Shown here one piece after another: positions 28,101-43,100 of a stretch of DNA of 64,000 bases (its first letter is position 1; every line of letters starts with the position of its first letter). Source of the stretch: the human T2T-CHM13v2.0 reference genome, Homo sapiens. The stretch is taken from assembly GCF_009914755.1 (NCBI RefSeq), contig NC_060939.1. The stretch is one strand, 5' to 3'. The notes below the pieces were generated by a model, which saw only the letters and a list, made by a program, of their open reading frames with translations, had not been told where the DNA came from and did not search any database. A program made the position numbers and the translations under genes.

Positions 28101-31100
28101 ATCCGATTCCATTACATTCTTTTCATTTCTTATCCATTTCAAGCCATTCCACTCCATTCCATTCCACTCGTTTCCTTTCCATTCGAGTCCATTCCTCTCC
28201 AGTCCATTCCGTTCAATCCATTCCATTCCAGTCCATTCCATTCGAGTCCGTTCCATTCCAGTCCATTCCATTCGAGTCAATTCCATTCCATTCGATGTCT
28301 TTCCATAACGATCCATTCCATTCTATTCCTTTCGATTCCATTCCATTCTATTTCATTCCATTCGATTCCCTTCCATTGGACTCCTTTCCATTCGAGTGCA
28401 TTCCATTCCGTTCCATTTATTTCCGTTCTGTACGATTCCTACCGTTCGATTTCATTTTGTTCCAGTCCATTCCTTTCGCGTCCATTCCATTCCATTTCAC
28501 TCCATTCGATTCCATTCCACTCGATTCCACTTCGTTCCATTTCATTGCATTCCATTCTATTCAACTCTATTGCCTTCCATTCCATTCCATTCGATTACAT
28601 TCCATGCGATTCCATTCGAAATCGAATCAATTACATTGCAATCCATTACTATTGAGTCCGTTTTATTCCAGTCCACTGCATTCTGGTCCATTCCATTTGA
28701 TTCCATTCCATTCTATTCCATTCCATACAGTTGCATTCCATTGGATTCCATGCTATATCTATAAATTCAATTCGAGACCATTGCTTTTGAGTCCATTCTA
28801 TATGATTCCATTCCATTCAAATCCATTACATTTGGTTCAATTCCATTCCATTCCATTCCCTTCCATTCCATTCCATTTGATATCAATCCATTCGATTCCA
28901 TTCCATTCGAGCACATTCCATTCGAGTCCATTCCATTCGATGCCATTCCATTTGATTCTATTCCATTAGTCTCCATTCAATTCCATTAATCTCCATTCCA
29001 TTCCATTCTACTCCAACTGATTCCATTCCATTCTATTCCTTTCCATTCCATTTCATTCCATTCCATTCCATTTCATTCCATTCCATTCCATTCGTGTCCA
29101 TTCCACTCCAGTCCATTCCATTCGTGTCCATTCCATTCCAGTCCATTCCATTTGTGTCCACTGCATTCCATTCCACTCCATTCCATATTATTCCTTTACA
29201 CTCCATTCCATTCTATCACTTTCATTTCCATTCAATTCCATTCCATTTGATTCCATTCCACTCGGTTTCATTCCATTTGAGTCCACTCCATTCCATTCCA
29301 TTGCATTCCATTCAGTTCCATTCCATTCTGTTCCATTCCATTCCGTTCCATTACATTCCATTCCATTCGGTACCATTCCATATTGTTCCATTCGATTCCA
29401 TTCGAATCCATTCCATTCCAGTCCATTCCATTCGATTCCATTCCATTCATTTCAATTCCATTCCATTCCATTCCATTACATTCCACTTGATTCCTCTCCA
29501 TTCCCTTCCACTGCATTCCGTTCGATTCCATTCCATTGCATTGCATTCTATTCCATTGGATTGCATTCCATTCGATTCCATTCCATTCGAATCAATTACA
29601 TAGCAATCCATTACATTCGAGTCTATTCTCTTCCGTTCCATTCGATTTCGTTCCAATCCATTCGATTCCATTCCATTCGATTCCATTCCATACTATTGCA
29701 TTCCATTCGATTACATTATATTCGAATAAGTTCCATTCAAGACCATTTCTTTTGAGTCCATTCTATTTGAGTCCATTCCCTTTGATTCCATAACATTTGA
29801 GTCCATTCAATTCCATTCCTTTCGTTTCCATTCCATTTGATGCCATTCCATTCAATTCTGTTCTACTCGACTCCAATACACTCAATTCCATTCCATCCGA
29901 TTCCATTACATTCTTTTCATTTCTTATCCATTTCAAGCCATTCCACTCCATTCCATTCCACTCGTTTCCTTTCCATTCGAGTCCATTCCTCTCCAGTCCA
30001 TTCCGTTCAATCCATTCCATTCCAGTCCATTCCATTCGAGTCCGTTCCATTCCAGTCCATTCCATTCGAGTCAATTCCATCCCATTCGATGTCTTTCCAT
30101 AACGATCCATTCCATTCTATTCCTTTCGATTCCATTCCATTCTATTTCATTCCATTCGATTCCCTTCCATTGGACTCCTTTCCATTCGAGTGCATTCCAT
30201 TCCTTTCCATTTCTTTCCGTTCTGTACGATTCCTACCGTTCGATTTCATTTTGTTCCAGTCCATTCCTTTCGCGTCCATTCCATTCCATTTCACTCCATT
30301 CGATTCCATTCCACTCGATTCCACTTCGTTCCATTTCATTGCATTCCATTCTATTCAACTCTATTGCCTTCCATTCCATTCCATTCGATTACATTCCATG
30401 CGATTCCATTCGAAATCGAATCAATTACATTGCAATCCATTACTATTGAGTCCGTTTTATTCCAGTCCACTGCATTCTGGTCCATTCCATTTGATTCCAT
30501 TCCATTCTATTCCATTCCATACAGTTGCATTCCATTGGATTCCATGCTATATCTATAAATTCAATTCGAGACCATTGCTTTTGAGTCCATTCTATATGAT
30601 TCCATTCCATTCAAGTCCATTACATTTGGTTCAATTCCATTCCATTCCATTCCCTTCCATTCCATTCCATTTGATATCAATCCATTCGATTCCATTCCAT
30701 TCGAGCACATTCCATTCGAGTCCATTCCATTCGATGCCATTCCATTTGATTCTATGCCATTAGTCTCCATTCAATTCCATTAATCTCCATTCCATTCCAT
30801 TCTACTCCAACTGATTCCATTTCATTATATTCCTTTCCATTCCATTTCATTCCATTCCATTCCATTTCATTCCATTCCATTCCATTCGTGTCCATTCCAC
30901 TCCAGTCCATTCCATTCGTGTCCATTCCATTCCAGTCCATTCCATTTGTGTCCACTGCATTCCATTCCACTCCATTCCATATTATTCCATTACACTCCAT
31001 TCCATTCTATCACTTTCATTTCCATTCAATTCCATTCCATTTGATTCCATTCCACTCGGTTTCATTCCATTTGAGTCCACTCCATTCCATTCCATTGCAT

Positions 31101-34100
31101 TCCATTCAGTTCCATTCCATTCTGTTCCATTCCATTCCGTTCCATTACATTCCATTCCATTCGGTACCATTCCATATTGTTCCATTCGATTCCATTCGAA
31201 TCCATTCCATTCCAGTCCATTCCATTCGATTCCATTCCATTCATTTCAATTCCATTCCATTCCATTCCATTACATTCCACTTGATTCCTCTCCATTCCCT
31301 TCCACTGCATTCCGTTCGATTCCATTCCATTGCATTGCATTCCATTCCATTGGATTGCATTCCATTCGATTCCATTCCATTCGAATCAATTACATAGCAA
31401 TCCATTACATTCGAGTCTATTCTCTTCCGTTCCATTCGATTTCGTTCCAATCCATTCGATTCCATTCCATTCGATTCCATTCCATACTATTGCATTCCAT
31501 TCGATTACATTATATTCGAATAAGTTCCATTCAAGACCATTTCTTTTGAGTCCATTCTATTTGAGTCCATTCCCTTTGATTCCATAACATTTGAGTCCAT
31601 TCAATTCCATTCCTTTCGTTTCCATTCCATTTGATGCCATTCCATTCAATTCTGTTCTACTCGACTCCAATACATTCAATTCCATTCCATCCGATTCCAT
31701 TACATTCTTTTCATTTCTTATCCATTTCAAGCCATTCCACTCCATTCCATTCCACTCGTTTCCTTTCCATTCGAGTCCATTCCTCTCCAGTCCATTCCGT
31801 TCAATCCATTCCATTCCAGTCCATTCCATTCGAGTCCGTTCCATTCCAGTCCATTCCATTCGAGTCAATTCCATTCCATTCGATGTCTTTCCATAACGAT
31901 CCATTCCATTCTATTCCTTTCGATTCCATTCCATTCTATTTCATTCCATTCGATTCCCTTCCATTGGACTCCTTTCCATTCGAGTGCATTCCATTCCTTT
32001 CCATTTCTTTCCGTTCTGTACGATTCCTACCGTTCGATTTCATTTTGTTCCAGTCCATTCCTTTCGCGTCCATTCCATTCCATTTCACTCCATTCGATTC
32101 CATTCCACTCGATTCCACTTCGTTCCATTTCATTGCATTCCATTCTATTCAACTCTATTGCCTTCCATTCCATTCCATTCGATTACATTCCATGCGATTC
32201 CATTCGAAATCGAATCAATTACATTGCAATCCATTACTATTGAGTCCGTTTTATTCCAGTCCACTGCATTCTGGTCCATTCCATTTGATTCCATTCCATT
32301 CTATTCCATTCCATACAGTTGCATTCCATTGGATTCCATGCTATATCTATAAATTCAATTCGAGACCATTGCTTTTGAGTCCATTCTATATGATTCCATT
32401 CCATTCAAGTCCATTACATTTGGTTCAATTCCATTCCATTCCATTCCCTTCCATTCCATTCCATTTGATATCAATCCATTCGATTCCATTCCATTCGAGC
32501 ACATTCCATTCGAGTCCATTCCATTCGATGCCATTCCATTTGATTCTATTCCATTAGTCTCCATTCAATTCCATTAATCTCCATTCCATTCCATTCTACT
32601 CCAACTGATTCCATTCCATTCTATTCCTTTCCATTCCATTTCATTCCATTCCATTCCATTTCATTCCATTCCATTCCATTCGTGTCCATTCCACTCCAGT
32701 CCATTCCATTCGTGTCCATTCCATTCCAGTCCATTCCATTTGTGTCCACTGCATTCCATTCCACTCCATTCCATATTATTCCATTACACTCCATTCCATT
32801 CTATCTCTTTCATTTCCATTCAATTCCATTCCATTTGATTCCATTCCACTCGGTTTCATTCCATTTGAGTCCACTCCATTCCATTCCATTGCATTCCATT
32901 CAGTTCCATTCCATTCTGTTCCATTCCATTCCGTTCCATTACATTCCATTCCATTCGGTACCATTCCATATTGTTCCATTCGATTCCATTCGAATCCATT
33001 CCATTCCAGTCCATTCCATTCGATTCCATTCCATTCATTTCAATTCCATTCCATTCCATTCCATTACATTCCACTTGATTCCTCTCCATTCCCTTCCACT
33101 GCATTCTGTTCGATTCCATTCCATTGCATTGCATTCCATTCCATTGGATTGCATTCCATTCGATTCCATTCCATTCGAATCAATTACATAGCAATCCATT
33201 ACATTCGAGTCTATTCTCTTCCGTTCCATTCGATTTCGTTCCAATCCATTCGATTCCATTCCATTCGATTCCATTCCATACTATTGCATTCCATTCGATT
33301 ACATTATATTCGAATAAGTTCCATTCAAGACCATTTCTTTTGAGTCCATTCTATTTGAGTCCATTCCCTTTGATTCCATAACATTTGAGTCCATTCAATT
33401 CCATTCCTTTCGTTTCCATTCCATTTGATGCCATTCCATTCAATTCTGTTCTACTCGACTCCAATACATTCAATTCCATTCCATCCGATTCCATTACATT
33501 CTTTTCATTTCTCATCCATTTCAAGCCATTCCACTCCATTCCATTCCACTCGTTTCCTTTCCATTCGAGTCCATTCCTCTCCAGTCCATTCCGTTCAATC
33601 CATTCCATTCCAGTCCATTCCATTCGAGTCCGTTCCATTCCAGTCCATTCCATTCGAGTCAATTCCATTCCATTCGATGTCTTTCCATAACGATCCATTC
33701 CATTCTATTCCTTTCGATTCCATTCCATTCTATTTCATTCCATTCGATTCCCTTCCATTGGACTCCTTTCCATTCGAGTGCATTCCATTCCGTTCCATTT
33801 CTTTCCGTTCTGTACGATTCCTACCGTTCGATTTCATTTTGTTCCAGTCCATTCCTTTCGCGTCCATTCCATTCCATTTCACTCCATTCGATTCCATTCC
33901 ACTCGATTCCACTTCGTTCCATTTCATTGCATTCCATTCTATTCAACTCTATTGCCTTCCATTCCATTCCATTCGATTACATTCCATGCGATTCCATTCG
34001 AAATCGAATCAATTACATTGCAATCCATTACTATTGAGTCCGTTTTATTCCAGTCCACTGCATTCTGGTCCATTCCATTTGATTCCATTCCATTCTATTC

Positions 34101-37100
34101 CATTCCATACAGTTGCATTCCATTGGATTCCATGCTATATCTATAAATTCAATTCGAGACCATTGCTTTTGAGTCCATTCTATATGATTCCATTCCATTC
34201 AAATCCATTACTTTTGGTTCAATTCCATTCCATTCCATTCCCTTCCATTCCATTCCATTTGATATCAATCCATTCGATTCCATTCCATTCGAGCACATTC
34301 CATTCGAGACCATTCCATTCGATGCCATTCCATTTGATTCTATTCCATTAGTCTCCATTCAATTCCATTAATCTCCATTCCATTCCATTCTACTCCAACT
34401 GATTCCATTCCATTCTATTCCTTTCCATTCCATTTCATTCCATTCCATTCCATTTCATTCCATTCCATTCCATTCGTGTCCATTCCACTCCAGTCCATTC
34501 CATTCGTGTCCATTCCATTCCAGTCCATTCCATTTGTGTCCACTGCATTCCATTCCACTCCATTCCATATTATTCCATTACACTCCATTCCATTCTATCA
34601 CTTTCATTTCCATTCAATTCCATTCCATTTGATTCCATTCCACTCGGTTTCATTCCATTTGAGTCCACTCCATTCCATTCCATTGCATTCCATTCAGTTC
34701 CATTCCATTCTGTTCCATTCCATTCCGTTCCATTACATTCCATTCCATTCGGTACCATTCCATATTGTTCCATTCGATTCCATTCGAATCCATTCCATTC
34801 CAGTCCATTCCATTCGATTCCATTCCATTCATTTCAATTCCATTCCATTCCATTCCATTACATTCCACTTGATTCCTCTCCATTCCCTTCCACTGCATTC
34901 CGTTCGATTCCATTCCATTGCATTGCATTCCATTCCATTGGATTGCATTCCATTCGATTCCATTCCATTCGAATCAATTACATAGCAATCCATTGCATTC
35001 GAGTCTATTCTCTTCCGTTCCATTCGATTTCGTTCCAATCCATTCGATTCCATTCCATTCGATTCCATTCCATACTATTGCATTCCATTCGATTACATTA
35101 TATTCGAATAAGTTCCATTCAAGACCATTTCTTTTGAGTCCATTCTATTTGAGTCCATTCCCTTTGATTCCATAACATTTGAGTCCATTCAATTCCATTC
35201 CTTTCGTTTCCATTCCATTTGATGCCATTCCATTCAATTCTGTTCTACTCGACTCCAATACACTCAATTCCATTCCATCCGATTCCATTACATTCTTTTC
35301 ATTTCTTATCCATTTCAAGTCATTCCACTCCATTCCATTCCACTCGTTTCCTTTCCATTCGAGTCCATTCCTCTCCAGTCCATTCCGTTCAATCCATTCC
35401 ATTCCAGTCCATTCCATTCGAGTCCGTTCCATTCCAGTCCATTCCATTCGAGTCAATTCCATCCCATTCGATGTCTTTCCATAACGATCCATTCCATTCT
35501 ATTCCTTTCGATTCCATTCCATTCTATTTCATTCCATTCGATTCCCTTCCATTGGACTCCTTTCCATTCGAGTGCATTCCATTCCTTTCCATTTCTTTCC
35601 GTTCTGTACGATTCCTACCGTTCGATTTCATTTTGTTCCAGTCCATTCCTTTCGCGTCCATTCCATTCCATTTCACTCCATTCGATTCCATTCCACTCGA
35701 TTCCACTTCGTTCCATTTCATTGCATTCCATTCTATTCAACTCTATTGCCTTCCATTCCATTCCATTCGATTACATTCCATGCGATTCCATTCGAAATCG
35801 AATCAATTACATTGCAATCCATTACTATTGAGTCCGTTTTATTCCAGTCCACTGCATTCTGGTCCATTCCATTTGATTCCATTCCATTCTATTCCATTCC
35901 ATACAGTTGCATTCCATTGGATTCCATGCTATATCTATAAATTCAATTCGAGACCATTGCTTTTGAGTCCATTCTATATGATTCCATTCCATTCAAGTCC
36001 ATTACATTTGGTTCAATTCCATTCCATTCCATTCCCTTCCATTCCATTCCATTTGATATCAATCCATTCGATTCCATTCCATTCGAGCACATTCCATTCG
36101 AGTCCATTCCATTCGATGCCATTCCATTTGATTCTATTCCATTAGTCTCCATTCAATTCCATTAATCTCCATTCCATTCCATTCTACTCCAACTGATTCC
36201 ATTCCATTCTATTCCTTTCCATTCCATTTCATTCCATTCCATTCCATTTCATTCCATTCCATTCCATTCGTGTCCATTCCACTCCAGTCCATTCCATTCG
36301 TGTCCATTCCATTCCAGTCCATTCCATTTGTGTCCACTGCATTCCATTCCACTCCATTCCATATTATTCCATTACACTCCATTCCATTCTATTACTTTCA
36401 TTTCCATTCAATTCCATTCCATTTGATTCCATTCCACTCGGTTTCATTCCATTTGAGTCCACTCCATTCCATTCCATTCCATTCCATTCAGTTCCATTCC
36501 ATTCTGTTCCATTCCATTCCCTTCCATTACATTCCATTCCATTCGGTACCATTCCATATTGTTCCATTCGATTCCATTCGAATCCATTCCATTCCAGTCC
36601 ATTCCATTCGATTCCATTCCATTCATTTCAATTCCATTCCATTCCATTCCATTACATTCCACTTGATTCCTCTCCATTCCCTTCCACTGCATTCCGTTCG
36701 ATTCCATTCCATTGCATTGCATTCCATTCCATTGGATTGCATTCCATTCGATTCCATTCCATTCGAATCAATTACATAGCAATCCATTACATTCGAGTCT
36801 ATTCTCTTCCGTTCCATTCGATTTCGTTCCAATCCATTCGATTCCATTCCATTCGATTCCATTCCATGCTATTGCATTCCATTCTATTACATTATATTCG
36901 AATAAGTTCCATTCAAGACCATTTCTTTTGAGTCCATTCTATTTGAGTCCATTCCCTTTGATTCCATAACATTTGAGTCCATTCAATTCCATTCCTTTCG
37001 TTTCCATTCCATTTGATGCCATTCCATTCAATTCTGTTCTACTCGACTCCAATACATTCAATTCCATTCCATCCGATTCCATTACATTCTTTTCATTTCT

Positions 37101-40100
37101 TATCCATTTCAAGCCATTCCACTCCATTCCATTCCACTCGTTTCCTTTCCATTCGAGTCCATTCCTCTCCAGTCCATTCCGTTCAATCCATTCCATTCCA
37201 GTCCATTCCATTCGAGTCCGTTCCATTCCAGTCCATTCCATTCGAGTCAATTCCATTCCATTCGATGTCTTTCCATAACGATCCATTCCATTCTATTCCT
37301 TTCGATTCCATTCCATTCTATTTCATTCCATTCGATTCCCTTCCATTGGACTCCTTTCCATTCGAGTGCATTCCATTCCGTTCCATTTCTTTCCGTTCTG
37401 TACGATTCCTACCGTTCGATTTCATTTTGTTCCAGTCCATTCCTTTCGCGTCCATTCCATTCCATTTCACTCCATTCGATTCCATTCCACTCGATTCCAC
37501 TTCGTTCCATTTCATTGCATTCCATTCTATTCAACTCTATTGCCTTCCATTCCATTCCATTCGATTACATTCCATGCGATTCCATTCGAAATCGAATCAA
37601 TTACATTGCAATCCATTACTATTGAGTCCGTTTTATTCCAGTCCACTGCATTCTGGTCCATTCCATTTGATTCCATTCCATTCTATTCCATTCCATACAG
37701 TTGCATTCCATTGGATTCCATGCTATATCTATAAATTCAATTCGAGACCATTGCTTTTGAGTCCATTCTATATGATTCCATTCCATTCAAGTCCATTACA
37801 TTTGGTTCAATTCCATTCCATTCCATTCCCTTCCATTCCATTCCATTTGATATCAATCCATTCGATTCCATTCCATTCGAGCACATTCCATTCGAGTCCA
37901 TTCCATTCGATGCCATTCCATTTGATTCTATTCCATTAGTCTCCATTCAATTCCATTAATCTCCATTCCATTCCATTCTACTCCAACTGATTCCATTCCA
38001 TTCTATTCCTTTCCATTCCATTTCATTCCATTCCATTCCATTTCATTCCATTCCATTCCATTCGTGTCCATTCCACTCCAGTCCATTCCATTCGTGTCCA
38101 TTCCATTCCAGTCCATTCCATTTGTGTCCACTGCATTCCATTCCACTCCATTCCATATTATTCCATTACACTCCATTCCATTCTATCACTTTCATTTCCA
38201 TTCAATTCCATTCCATTTGATTCCATTCCACTCGGTTTCATTCCATTTGAGTCCACTCCATTCCATTCCATTGCATTCCATTCAGTTCCATTCCATTCCG
38301 TTCCATTACATTCCATTCCATTCGGTACCATTCCATATTGTTCCATTCGATTCCATTCGAATCCATTCCATTCCAGTCCATTCCATTCGATTCCATTCCA
38401 TTCATTTCAATTCCATTCCATTCCATTCCATTACATTCCACTTGATTCCTCTCCATTCCCTTCCACTGCATTCCGTTCGATTCCATTCCATTGCATTGCA
38501 TTCCATTCCATTGGATTGCATTCCATTCGATTCCATTCCATTCGAATCAATTACATAGCAATCCATTACATTCGAGTCTATTCTCTTCCGTTCCATTCGA
38601 TTTCGTTCCAATCCATTCGATTCCATTCCATTCGATTCCATTCCATACTATTGCATTCCATTCGATTACATTATATTCGAATAAGTTCCATTCAAGACCA
38701 TTTCTTTTGAGTCCATTCTATTTGAGTCCATTCCCTTTGATTCCATAACATTTGAGTCCATTCAATTCCATTCCTTTCGTTTCCATTCCATTTGATGCCA
38801 TTCCATTCAATTCTGTTCTACTCGACTCCAATACATTCAATTCCATTCCATCCGATTCCATTACATTCTTTTCATTTCTTATCCATTTCAAGCCATTCCA
38901 CTCCATTCCATTCCACTCGTTTCCTTTCCATTCGAGTCCATTCCTCTCCAGTCCATTCCGTTCAATCCATTCCATTCCAGTCCATTCCATTCGAGTCCGT
39001 TCCATTCCAGTCCATTCCATTCGAGTCAATTCCATTCCATTCGATGTCTTTCCATAACGATCCATTCCATTCTATTCCTTTCGATTCCATTCCATTCTAT
39101 TTCATTCCATTCGATTCCCTTCCATTGGACTCCTTTCCATTCGAGTGCATTCCATTCCTTTCCATTTCTTTCCGTTCTGTACGATTCCTACCGTTCGATT
39201 TCATTTTGTTCCAGTCCATTCCTTTCGCGTCCATTCCATTCCATTTCACTCCATTCGATTCCATTCCACTCGATTCCACTTCGTTCCATTTCATTGCATT
39301 CCATTCTATTCAACTCTATTGCCTTCCATTCCATTCCATTCGATTACATTCCATGCGATTCCATTCGAAATCGAATCAATTACATTGCAATCCATTACTA
39401 TTGAGTCCGTTTTATTCCAGTCCACTGCATTCTGGTCCATTCCATTTGATTCCATTCCATTCTATTCCATTCCATACAGTTGCATTCCATTGGATTCCAT
39501 GCTATATCTATAAATTCAATTCGAGACCATTGCTTTTGAGTCCATTCTATATGATTCCATTCCATTCAAGTCCATTACATTTGGTTCAATTCCATTCCAT
39601 TCCATTCCCTTCCATTCCATTCCATTTGATATCAATCCATTCGATTCCATTCCATTCGAGCACATTCCATTCGAGTCCATTCCATTCGATGCCATTCCAT
39701 TTGATTCTATTCCATTAGTCTCCATTCAATTCCATTAATCTCCATTCCATTCCATTCTACTCCAACTGATTCCATTCCATTCTATTCCTTTCCATTCCAT
39801 TTCATTCCATTCCATTCCATTTCATTCCATTCCATTCCATTCGTGTCCATTCCACTCCAGTCCATTCCATTCGTGTCCATTCCATTCCAGTCCATTCCAT
39901 TTGTGTCCACTGCATTCCATTCCACTCCATTCCATATTATTCCATTACACTCCATTCCATTCTATCTCTTTCATTTCCATTCAATTCCATTCCATTTGAT
40001 TCCATTCCACTCGGTTTCATTCCATTTGAGTCCACTCCATTCCATTCCATTGCATTCCATTCAGTTCCATTCCATTCTGTTCCATTCCATTCCGTTCCAT

Positions 40101-43100
40101 TACATTCCATTCCATTCGGTACCATTCCATATTGTTCCATTCGATTCCATTCGAATCCATTCCATTCCAGTCCATTCCATTCGATTCCATTCCATTCATT
40201 TCAATTCCATTCCATTCCATTCCATTACATTCCACTTGATTCCTCTCCATTCCCTTCCACTGCATTCCGTTCGATTCCATTCCATTGCATTGCATTCCAT
40301 TCCATTGGATTGCATTCCATTCGATTCCATTCCATTCGAATCAATTACATAGCAATCCATTACATTCGAGTCTATTCTCTTCCGTTCCATTCGATTTCGT
40401 TCCAATCCATTCGATTCCATTCCATTCGATTCCATTCCATACTATTGCATTCCATTCGATTACATTATATTCGAATAAGTTCCATTCAAGACCATTTCTT
40501 TTGAGTCCATTCTATTTGAGTCCATTCCCTTTGATTCCATAACATTTGAGTCCATTCAATTCCATTCCTTTCGTTTCCATTCCATTTGATGCCATTCCAT
40601 TCAATTCTGTTCTACTCGACTCCAATACACTCAATTCCATTCCATCCGATTCCATTACATTCTTTTCATTTCTCATCCATTTCAAGCCATTCCACTCCAT
40701 TCCATTCCACTCGTTTCCTTTCCATTCGAGTCCATTCCTCTCCAGTCCATTCCGTTCAATCCATTCCATTCCAGTCCATTCCATTCGAGTCCGTTCCATT
40801 CCAGTCCATTCCATTCGAGTCAATTCCATTCCATTCGATGTCTTTCCATAACGATCCATTCCATTCTATTCCTTTCGATTCCATTCCATTCTATTTCATT
40901 CCATTCGATTCCCTTCCATTGGACTCCTTTCCATTCGAGTGCATTCCATTCCGTTCCATTTCTTTCCGTTCTGTACGATTCCTACCGTTCGATTTCATTT
41001 TGTTCCAGTCCATTCCTTTCGCGTCCATTCCATTCCATTTCACTCCATTCGATTCCATTCCACTCGATTCCACTTCGTTCCATTTCATTGCATTCCATTC
41101 TATTCAACTCTATTGCCTTCCATTCCATTCCATTCGATTACATTCCATGCGATTCCATTCGAAATCGAATCAATTACATTGCAATCCATTACTATTGAGT
41201 CCGTTTTATTCCAGTCCACTGCATTCTGGTCCATTCCATTTGATTCCATTCCATTCTATTCCATTCCATACAGTTGCATTCCATTGGATTCCATGCTATA
41301 TCTATAAATTCAATTCGAGACCATTGCTTTTGAGTCCATTCTATATGATTCCATTCCATTCAAATCCATTACTTTTGGTTCAATTCCATTCCATTCCATT
41401 CCCTTCCATTCCATTCCATTTGATATCAATCCATTCGATTCCATTCCATTCGAGCACATTCCATTCGAGACCATTCCATTCGATGCCATTCCATTTGATT
41501 CTATTCCATTAGTCTCCATTCAATTCCATTAATCTCCATTCCATTCCATTCTACTCCAACTGATTCCATTCCATTCTATTCCTTTCCATTCCATTTCATT
41601 CCATTCCATTCCATTTCATTCCATTCCATTCCATTCGTGTCCATTCCACTCCAGTCCATTCCATTCGTGTCCATTCCATTCCAGTCCATTCCATTTGTGT
41701 CCACTGCATTCCATTCCACTCCATTCCATATTATTCCATTACACTCCATTCCATTCTATCACTTTCATTTCCATTCAATTCCATTCCATTTGATTCCATT
41801 CCACTCGGTTTCATTCCATTTGAGTCCACTCCATTCCATTCCATTGCATTCCATTCAGTTCCATTCCATTCTGTTCCATTCCATTCCGTTCCATTACATT
41901 CCATTCCATTCGGTACCATTCCATATTGTTCCATTCGATTCCATTCGAATCCATTCCATTCCAGTCCATTCCATTCGATTCCATTCCATTCATTTCAATT
42001 CCATTCCATTCCATTCCATTACATTCCACTTGATTCCTCTCCATTCCCTTCCACTGCATTCCGTTCGATTCCATTCCATTGCATTGCATTCCATTCCATT
42101 GGATTGCATTCCATTCGATTCCATTCCATTCGAATCAATTACATAGCAATCCATTGCATTCGAGTCTATTCTCTTCCGTTCCATTCGATTTCGTTCCAAT
42201 CCATTCGATTCCATTCCATTCGATTCCATTCCATACTATTGCATTCCATTCGATTACATTATATTCGAATAAGTTCCATTCAAGACCATTTCTTTTGAGT
42301 CCATTCTATTTGAGTCCATTCCCTTTGATTCCATAACATTTGAGTCCATTCAATTCCATTCCTTTCGTTTCCATTCCATTTGATGCCATTCCATTCAATT
42401 CTGTTCTACTCGACTCCAATACACTCAATTCCATTCCATCCGATTCCATTACATTCTTTTCATTTCTTATCCATTTCAAGTCATTCCACTCCATTCCATT
42501 CCACTCGTTTCCTTTCCATTCGAGTCCATTCCTCTCCAGTCCATTCCGTTCAATCCATTCCATTCCAGTCCATTCCATTCGAGTCCGTTCCATTCCAGTC
42601 CATTCCATTCGAGTCAATTCCATCCCATTCGATGTCTTTCCATAACGATCCATTCCATTCTATTCCTTTCGATTCCATTCCATTCTATTTCATTCCATTC
42701 GATTCCCTTCCATTGGACTCCTTTCCATTCGAGTGCATTCCATTCCTTTCCATTTCTTTCCGTTCTGTACGATTCCTACCGTTCGATTTCATTTTGTTCC
42801 AGTCCATTCCTTTCGCGTCCATTCCATTCCATTTCACTCCATTCGATTCCATTCCACTCGATTCCACTTCGTTCCATTTCATTGCATTCCATTCTATTCA
42901 ACTCTATTGCCTTCCATTCCATTCCATTCGATTACATTCCATGCGATTCCATTCGAAATCGAATCAATTACATTGCAATCCATTACTATTGAGTCCGTTT
43001 TATTCCAGTCCACTGCATTCTGGTCCATTCCATTTGATTCCATTCCATTCTATTCCATTCCATACAGTTGCATTCCATTGGATTCCATGCTATATCTATA

